Part shown: piece by piece, positions 55,132 through 64,000 of the stretch | Layout: each line of letters begins with the position of its first letter | Position numbering within the stretch: the stretch's first letter is position 1 | Source: the human T2T-CHM13v2.0 reference genome, Homo sapiens | Direction: 5' to 3' (one strand) | DNA length: 64,000 nucleotides | NCBI RefSeq assembly: GCF_009914755.1 | Contig: NC_060927.1 | The notes under the pieces: generated by a model | Told to the model about the DNA's origin: nothing | The model's input: only the letters and a program-made list of their open reading frames with translations | The model's database searches: none | Made by a program: the position numbers and the translations under genes

Positions 55132-55938
55132 ATGTCAGAGGGTGTATTAATGAACACCTCTTGATTTGAGTTGATGCTTAACTCAAAAAGTTCTTGCTCA
55201 AGTGACTGCGAAAGTCCAAACACTGCATATGAAATGCATCTGATACATTTATAGCATATAGAAGTGGAAGAGTTATTTTATGCTCTCTCTAATGTTCATA
55301 AATTAATTTCCCTAAAATAATGAGGTACTCTCGACTATCAGTATCAAGTGACAAGAAGAAATCACTATAAAGTAGTTATGAATTGCAGATATGTGTTATA
55401 TTTTCCCCAAGACTTACATGGCTCATTGGTAATTTTATTAAAAGTAAAGCTTTCATAGATGTACCATTCATGATACTTTAAATAAGCTCTCATGACTCAG
55501 GGACAGATTTGAAACTGAGTGTCCTTTCTTTCTTTTTCCTTCCAACCACAATCAATTTAAAATAGAAAATGAAGGGTAGGAAAGTACAATGAATTCAAGT
55601 ACATGTCAAATCTATAATTTCTGTATAAAAACTAATGAACACAATGCAAGGCACTTCCAATCTTATTTCCTCCAGAAAGAGAGTATAATCAGAGTGTAAT
55701 GAGCATTGAAATTAATGAATTAAAAATAAATGTCCATAAGAGAAAAAATGTATTTCAGTCAGGCAGTAATTATGTTTTCAACATTATAAATTAATTCCCC
55801 AAATGAATATCTTTCAGTGTACCCGATCTATTATCTATCTTCATCTTTTTATTTAAAGCTCAGTGTTCCTAAGTTGACTAAGCCATCACATTATTAAAAA
55901 ACAAAACAAGAGGTGTTCATTAACACACCCTCTGACAT
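55132..55938. repeat. Long-range inverted repeat; arms 55132-55168 and 55902-55938
   Basis: atgtcagagggtgtattaatgaacacctcttg versus caagaggtgttcattaacacaccctctgacat: 31/32 complementary, 35/37 when extended. Confidence 0.92.
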
Positions 55939-56189
55939 TCCATCGTTGCATAAAATCTCATGCTGGTTTTAAATGTACACTTTCTTCCCCCTCCCACCCC
56001 AATTATGATAAAGAAACAAATGGAGCCACTTGTAGTTTCAGTTAGAAAATTTGTGAGGATATTAATATCAATTCACTGAAAAATAAATAAGGATGACAAA
56101 TAAGATGAACACATTAAGTCATTAAATAAATTAAAATACTTATTTCTGTTTAGAAGACAATTTAAGATAATGGTTATTTGATTGGGTCT

Positions 56190-56400
56190 GATGTCAGGTG
56201 TGAGGTTCTGGTTTTTACTTGTAAATTTCTCTCATACCGTGATCATGGGGAAGCTACTCGTTTTGTTCTGTTTCCTCAACTAAAAAAAAAGTAAGAAAAA
56301 ATTTTGCATCATAGGGTAATTATGAAAAACAAATTACATATGTTTTTCTAAGCTTTTAGTTTATTTGCCACACAGTAAGCACCATTAATATGAACTATTT
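56190..56400 (+). mobile_element. MIR fragment
   Basis: gtgatcatggggaag...ctgtttcctcaact...catcatagggtaattatgaaaa...gccacacagtaagcacc. Confidence 0.6.
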
Positions 56401-57091
56401 CTGGAATTTAATGTAATCCCTCAATTAGTCCTTTATGCAATATCCTTTTTCGTCTGTTCTGTTACCTGGCAAGTAGATGTCATGTAAACAATCGATCATT
56501 TTGGACACCAAAATTGTGCATGTCTGTAAGAAACATTTCAATGCCACTTTAGATAATGTCAGCAACTTAGTGGTTTTAAAACAGTGAGAGAAATGTATGA
56601 TGAGTCTAGGTTCTGGAAATGATAGTGAAATTAATGCTAGATAGGAAAGTGCACATTTATAGATAGGGAAGTACATTTTATGTATTTGAAAGCAAGAAAA
56701 GACGACAAAATTTTAGAACGCAATTTGGGGTCAGTAATTAATCTCACTTGCATAGTTAAAGATTGCCATATAATTTTGTGATTAAATAGGTGAAGTTCTG
56801 GGAGAATGGTCAATCTTATAGTTTGTGAAATTGTACTGTTTATTAACTAAGCAGAGAAGGAACCGCATGTGTTTGTCTGTGGCTATGTTAATACAGAAAG
56901 AACATTGGAAAAATACTAGGATATCTTGCCTCTAATCTTAGCTTTATGTAATGGAATCTTAGTTCCATTACAAACTCTATGTCCTTCAATAAGTCACTTC
57001 CATGGACCTCAGTTTCCTCTAATAAAAGTATTTAGGATATGAAGTAATGGCTTAAGTTCCTTCAGATACTGTGATGCTATCATAATGTAGG

Positions 57092-57790
<699 letters not shown>

Positions 57791-58607
57791 GTGCTATATT
57801 TATCTTTTTATTGAAAGCCATATTATTACCTTTTACTCAGTTTTCTCTATTTAGCCTTTCCCACAACGGTAATTTATATTCTGAATACTCTAATGGCTTG
57901 CCATAAACTCAATTTGGTATTTTCAAATGGAGTATTTTTTCCAATAAGGTAAAAATAATTCAGTATTTTCCTAACTACCAGCTACTATTGAATTATATTT
58001 TAGCACAGAGTTTCCCTAAGGGCAGTTTCCAGTTCCTCTTCAAATATTTAAAATATAATATTATCATGAAAATAATATGGAAAATTTGTTCATAATATAG
58101 CTCGCTATATAAAGGGGGAAAGTCTTGCCATGTGAATTTATGAATTAGAAGACTATTTTCTACATTTATTTTTCAGGTCCAAGCACTAATATCTAAATAC
58201 ATCATGGGAAGTCAAAGGGATCAAAATTACTAATTATTTTTCAGTGGTCATTAAAGTCAAGTTGAAAATTGTTTTGTTTTTGTTTTTGGAAAGCCTTGAG
58301 AATAAAGGCAGACATCATGAATTCATGCGGTCTAAAATTAGACTAGGAAGAGGTTTAATACATCCTCCTTGATTTTCAGAAAGATAGTGAGATTGATAAA
58401 GTTGGGTTCTGACCTGATAAAGATTTTCATTTCCTCTGCTGATACTCTACCAAAATCATCTCATTTGTTTCTTTTGTTGTTGGTTATCGAGTATTTGCAA
58501 TCGAAGCCAATATTAGGCAGATAATCAAATTTCCTTTCTTCAAACTATAAATTTTAGAATCCAGACAGCAAATTAATGATTTCTTTTTTACACACTTTTA
58601 TACTAAA

Positions 58608-59088
58608 CTTGAAATGCAGGACAGTGCTCTGGGTGGCCTGGGACTAACTCAGTTCTCCCCACCTCTTTTTTCACTTGTAGTTTGCAAGAATAACTGTAGA
58701 ATATGCTGGGAATGCAACATCCTGGGCTAAGAGGGGAGCTGGCTAGAACAGCCTGGACTCTGTTCCAGTTCTCTCCACATCAGAATGTCGTTCAGTGCTT
58801 TATTCTAGCATGCAACATGGCCTCAGATTACAAAACCCAGGGCAAGCTTCTTTTCAGGGTCCCTCAGCGGCAGTGCAAACTGGGGCATGAACAGATGAAA
58901 TTCCATCTGCCCCAGGCAGCTTTCCTGAGCTTTGGGAGACCAGTATATAATGAATTCTAGGCTTCTGTTGTCCTTGCTGCCTCTTTGTAAGTAATACATC
59001 TGCTTCATGTAACTTGTGGTGTGCATGATATTCTGTATCACCAGACTCAGACAAGTTGGTAACTGGCACACAGTGAACCTGCTTCACA
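58608..59088 (+). mobile_element. ERVL solo LTR (LTR47-like)
   Basis: gaaatgcagg...caagaataactgtagaatatgctgggaatgcaacatcctg...gtgaacctgcttcaca; 5-bp TSD ctaaa/ctaaa. Confidence 0.82.
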
Positions 59089-59096
59089 CTAAAGAC

Positions 59097-59631
59097 TATC
59101 AAGAACTCTGGAGCAGCTGAGATTTTATCCCGCTTACAAGATAGCACGTTAGCAGACCAGTTTCATACATGCTGGCAAAAGACATGAGACTCCTGGGTCA
59201 GAGACAGAGGGCGTCATTACTTATGGCACAGCAGGCGTCATGAATTTCATATTCATACTAGATCTTCTTGTCCCCAAGCCTCACGGGCATGTGGAACAGT
59301 CTAGGGGCTGCTACACACACAGTGGATTTGCATCACAGTGGAAGAAGATAGAGTTTAAAGAACAGTAAATATTATAAGGGGGTCCTAACAAAGCTACCTA
59401 ACATTTACCCCAAAAAAAGACACTATTTTTATTCTCCTGGATGACAAAAATATTTGCTCTTTTATCCCTCTGCATTGGAGGTAGACATGGCCTCTACCTT
59501 CAAAGCTGGTTTGATAATCAAAGATCCCTGAACAGATACTCTAAAACAATACCTATCAAAGCTTCTGCTCTGAATAAATACAGAAACAGGAGAAAACCAT
59601 GGAGATGGGAGAATACCGTTTTCTCCCAACA
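59097..59631 (-). mobile_element. ERVL LTR (MER54/MER74/LTR53 group)
   Basis: tatcaagaact...ctgagattttatcc...aagacatgagactcctgggtcagagac...ttctcccaaca. Confidence 0.7.
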
Positions 59632-60522
59632 ATTTGGATGGCCTCAGATTCTGCCCCTCCTCTGGAAAATGTTTCTGGAATTTTCCCCCAACCCTCCCTA
59701 TGTCAATAAATGCTACCCTACAGGGGGTGTAGATAAAGAGAACATCTTGAACTACTGCCCAGGCTGTCCCTCCAAAAACAAGAACTATGCTCAATTATTC
59801 AAATATAACTGAAACTCCTAAGGCCTGCCACCAGCCAGTTATGCTGCTTTAGAACAACTGTCAACCTGTCTACTCCACCAGATATAAGTTCTACCTGGAA
59901 GTATGTAATACTTATAAATAAAACTTTGTTGCCAGGGTTATTATGTATGCCACTGAAATTGTACTTCTTATGTAGCAGTTAGGAATTATTTTGCCTTTCT
60001 CCCAAAAGCAGGGTGACTTGCATCTAAAGAACGGTCATAGGAAAATGCTAAATGTTGAAGAAACACCACCTCAACCCTGGGAGTCATTTAGTGAGACATT
60101 ATGTACCAGCCAGAATTTGTATACATGATAGAATGGCTATCGTTTTGCTCCATTCAGGCTAAAGTAGAGTCTGTGCATTTGCTCATGTATCCTGCGATAC
60201 CTAGAATAATGTTACTGGCCAGAAGAAAAGTCCAATACACAAACATAAGGAGAAACTCCTTGGCTTTCCAAGGTAGATTCTGATGGTTTAGGGATTTGCT
60301 TACTTGGGATACTGGGTGGTATAGCTGAAGTCAAAAACTGCATCTTAGTTGCACCCTGCTACATGGAGTTCTGTTTACATTAAATTTAGTCAAATGCTGC
60401 ATGAAAAATATTGAACAGTTTGTGTCCCATGCCATTGGTCAGATGTATCAAAGTGGGTGATGGACTGGTGTACCCATGGGAAAGTTATCAGAAGCCAAGA
60501 TGGTGTAGAAAAGCCAGATGAA

Positions 60523-61021
60523 TATTATGTGAATATTTTCCCTGGGTCTCTTGGCACCACTGAGCAGAGGTATTGACAGCTTGTGTTCTGAACTGTTTCT
60601 TCAAAGATGTCTGCATACTAAAAGCCTAGAATTATAAATGTAGTGTTTCCCTCTAGGGCAGAAAGTAGACTTATTTGCTATCCAGAATACTAAGCATAAA
60701 TTCTCCCTCCTACGCAACGGTGGTCAGGCTTGTTAGCATACTATTTTAAATTGAGGTTCCCTAAATTTGGGGATCCTCAGTGATGACACAAATTTATTAT
60801 GTCCACAGGAAATACTTTGGCCAATACACAAGTCCCTGTGGTATTTGGGGGCAAGAGTAACCAATGGAATTATGAAGGTCATATTGTTTCCTATGCCATG
60901 AGTAATATAGTCCTATCCTCATCCAAGGATCTCATGCCATCTTGCAGAGTCCATTATCTTTGGAAGATGAAGTGCTAGCTTACAAGTGCAATAAAATCTC
61001 AGACCCTGTAAATTCTTGGCA
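60523..61021 (+). mobile_element. ERVL LTR of the same MER54/MER74/LTR53 group
   Basis: ttccctgggtctc...gagcagaggtattgacagc...aaaatctcagaccctgtaaattcttggca, homologous to the reverse complement of 59097-59631. Confidence 0.65.
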
Positions 61022-62789
61022 AATATTTATCTGTATTAAATTTTATTAATGATGTTAGTATTCTTATTAAAAACATGATTGCCTTAACTCTTTAGAAAAT
61101 TGAATATACTCAGGTAGTAAAAAATATTTATTATTGATCTCATAAAGTTCTTAACATAAAATATAAAATGCTACATAAGCAAACAATTACTTTTTTTCCT
61201 CTGAAGCATCAATAGAAGAGAATGCATTTCTTTTTACCTTTCTTTAGTGCTGTAGATGGGATTGACTTATTTGTTTTCAATTTTAATCCAAAATTTTCAG
61301 GACCTTTACATTCTTTGAAACATCAGCCTTTTTAACCAGCAAAGGTTTGTTCAACTTGCTCAAATACTCACTATGTTTTCACAGACAATTGATAATATCA
61401 GCTATTCCCTCTATTAAGAAAAGTTCTATTCAATTTGAGGCTTTGTAGAACTTTCTATTTTCTCTAAAACTTGTCAATCTTAATTAGCAAAGATACATTT
61501 TAGGTACTTACTTGTTCAAAATCTAATAAATAATCAACTATAAGTGCCTATTTTTCTTCAAATTTACCTGGTCTGTTTTCTAACATGGTTGTTTTTCAAT
61601 TGAGAAGAATCAAGAAATATCTGGATTACTGTCATTTTTTGGCTTTAATTCCTTTTAACAGATTAAATAATCACACCAGTGTTCTGTAAAACAGTGTGGT
61701 GGAACATTCCTTACATCTCCCTCCTCTGGAGAAGGTTCGCTTTTCATCCAAGAAACTTTATTGACATACCAACTTTGATTCCTGCTCTGTAGCCCAAGGA
61801 GTATCCTCTGATGCAAGGAGTTAGTTTCTTAGGGAAGACATATACAATCTCTTTGGTATTCTTTTAATTGCTGTTATTGTGAAATATTTTAAATAAATAA
61901 AGAGGCATATCAGAAAATGTAGAACAAAGCCCTCATTCTATACTGAGCCATGAGCTATAATTGGAAAGTTTAACTGACATAAGATTTTCATATAGTCTCT
62001 ATTTAGTTATGCATAAAATACAAAATGCATAGTGTATTTCAACTATGATTTCAAAAGCTGTGTTGATTTAGACAGTGACTGCATGATACTTTTTCCCCCA
62101 ACCTTTAGGCATCAGACCAATCATTTTGTTCAAATTCTTATTATTGTCATTCAACATGGTTAAATATGATAGAGTGATGTTAAGATAACACTGCTGCATG
62201 AATGAAATGATATTGCTTGTCAGTGATTGATGATTAGTAGAATAAAAAGGAAATAAAGCAACTGTGAACTACAGTAATCAGGTGCACCTCAATATAAAAT
62301 GACATATTTTTATTAGCAGAGAAGCAATTTTGTTGTTCAACAAGTACAGAGAGGAAGATTTTAGGAGTTGCAAATTTTGACAAGCAAAAGGAAGAAATCA
62401 AAATTGATCTGGATTTTGACTACTTTGTATAAACTTTTAAGTACAGAAGAAAAAAAATGCCCCTTTCTATTATCCTAAATTTTTCTAACTGTTCTAGATA
62501 TAAAGTTTTGGGATGAGGAAGATGACAGAAAACACAAACTATGAAGTAAGAGATGAAGGTGGTTTGTCAAAAGGATTGAATAAGTGGTATTAAAAAAAAA
62601 AAGCCTGTGAAGCACTATGAAGGTGTAATATACAATATAAAGGCGAACCTATGAAGTTGTATTGTGATCACATGATAGATGAAGTCCTTACACTGTTATC
62701 TCCATCCAGATCTCTACTAATACAAAAATCTAGACTTCAGATCTTGATGTTCTACATTCTACAAGTATGAGACATTTTATTGTGATTAC

Positions 62790-63118
62790 CTATTCTTCAC
62801 TCTTTCTTCTGTCTATTCCTTTGCTATGTGATTTTGTTGTTTCTCTTACTGTACTAGGTATGCATAACCTAAGTCCTGGGATTTGGACTAAGTCATGTGA
62901 CTTTGGACAATGTGATGCTGTGGCCAATGTGCATGGCACAAGCTGAGTGAATGTGGACATGTATTGTTCTTGTGTTTTCTCCTTTGTTTCTTGAGCTTCT
63001 GCCATAAGAAGAACATGATTCAGCCAGTTTGACTTCCTGGCCCAAAGAGAATAAGAGACACATGAAATAGATCTTAACACAACTTGCAATTTTGAGTTGG
63101 CAACATTAAACTTTACAC
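62790..63118 (+). mobile_element. Old MLT1 (H/I/J-like) LTR fragment
   Basis: gtcatgtgactt...ctgccataagaagaacatg...cctggcccaaagagaataagagacacatgaaatag. Confidence 0.55.
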
Positions 63119-64000
63119 TGTCAAACCTATGTCCCTGGAAAATAGCAACAATGAAATAAATATCCCAATCCTTTTTTTGTTCTTGGAAATGTCCTACCAC
63201 TCCTCCCAATATAATTTAGATAAGACTCATGGACGTTCCCCGTTGTTTACCTATGGCACATCCCCTCCAAATTCCCTTTCTTTGCCTCATAAATGATGAC
63301 GAAACTGTTTGTTCCCATTGATAAGTCTGGGCAAAAGACTTCTGCTTTCTTCAGGTCCTCAATTTTGATCCACTGTCAGCCTGAGCCAGCATACAACCTG
63401 TCTTTAATGGCTCATCCTGAGTATAGACAGACCACAAGGAATGCGATTCCCTGATCAACTGTGCCACCCACTCCATCCTACTTAGGTTTTTCTGTCCTGG
63501 TTTATACCTCCTTATGAAAGAAAAAAACACTCTCCTTCCTACCTTTGCAACATTTGTAGATCTGACAGTCAAAGTGTCTTTCTCTCTCAATATTCCCTTT
63601 ACCTGTATTACAATATTCATTTGTTCCTACCACAGTAATCTTTTCAAATAAAATCTCTCCTTAATTAAGTCCAGATGTGTTGAAAAACACAGTTTAACAG
63701 TTTTCTGGTGCTGTGACACAAATGGTATGTGAACCAACCCTTAGATCCTAATGTCTTCACCCAAGTATGAATCCCAGCTTCTTAGAGACTTTGTGCTTAT
63801 TTCTAGCTGGGGAGATCCAAATCCAAGGTGGTAAGTCCAATCTCCTAAACTCCTGCGCTGGATATTTTTATCTTGTAGTGTGGTAATGAGTTACTTTAGT
63901 TATTTCTGGCAGAGATTTTTCTTTGGCCCTTCCATGAAATCTGTTTTGTTTTCCTTCAGCTCCCTAAATCTAAGGATTTTGGGAGGTAATCTCATTGGTT
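63119..64000 (+). mobile_element. ERV1 (MER31/MER67-like) 5' LTR ending at 63699, then PBS and leader running off the window
   Basis: gcctgagccagcatacaac...caaataaaatctctcc...tttaaca, then tggtgctgtgacacaaat (63706-63723), a decayed tRNA-His-type PBS (TGGTGCCGTGACTCGGAT). The LTR start is approximate. Confidence 0.6.

Noticed and set aside
56947-56972. 10-bp hairpin tgtaatggaa-tcttag-ttccattaca, and palindrome tgtttggccaaaca at 12335-12348
   Set aside because: Short enough to arise by chance in 64 kb of AT-rich DNA.

Overview
AT-rich primate (human-like) non-coding DNA, either intergenic or deep intronic. I find no credible host protein-coding exon, RNA gene or CRISPR array. The ORF-track entries are TE remnants (L1 ORF2, Tigger1 transposase, Alu frames), microsatellite artefacts or chance ORFs. 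About half the window is interspersed repeat: 10 dimeric Alus plus a FAM monomer, old and younger L1s (two with twin-priming 5' inversions), a near full-length Tigger1, Tigger3a, MER1B, a solo Hsmar1/MADE1 TIR, a Ricksha (MULE) element carrying ERVL/MLT2 cargo, and many MaLR/ERVL/ERV1 LTRs. Repeat family and subfamily names come from recalled consensus sequences, not from a RepeatMasker run, and the boundaries of old elements are approximate. I cannot support a new biological system here. The best unexplained signals are structural: a ~298-bp inverted copy of an L1-tail/ERVL/Ricksha junction pasted back into the same L1; a near-perfect 32-37-bp inverted repeat ~735 bp apart in apparently unique DNA; and a 39-bp local direct copy. 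There is also a strong CTCF motif in a solo ERV1 LTR and a motif-dense candidate enhancer near 41.3-41.7 kb.
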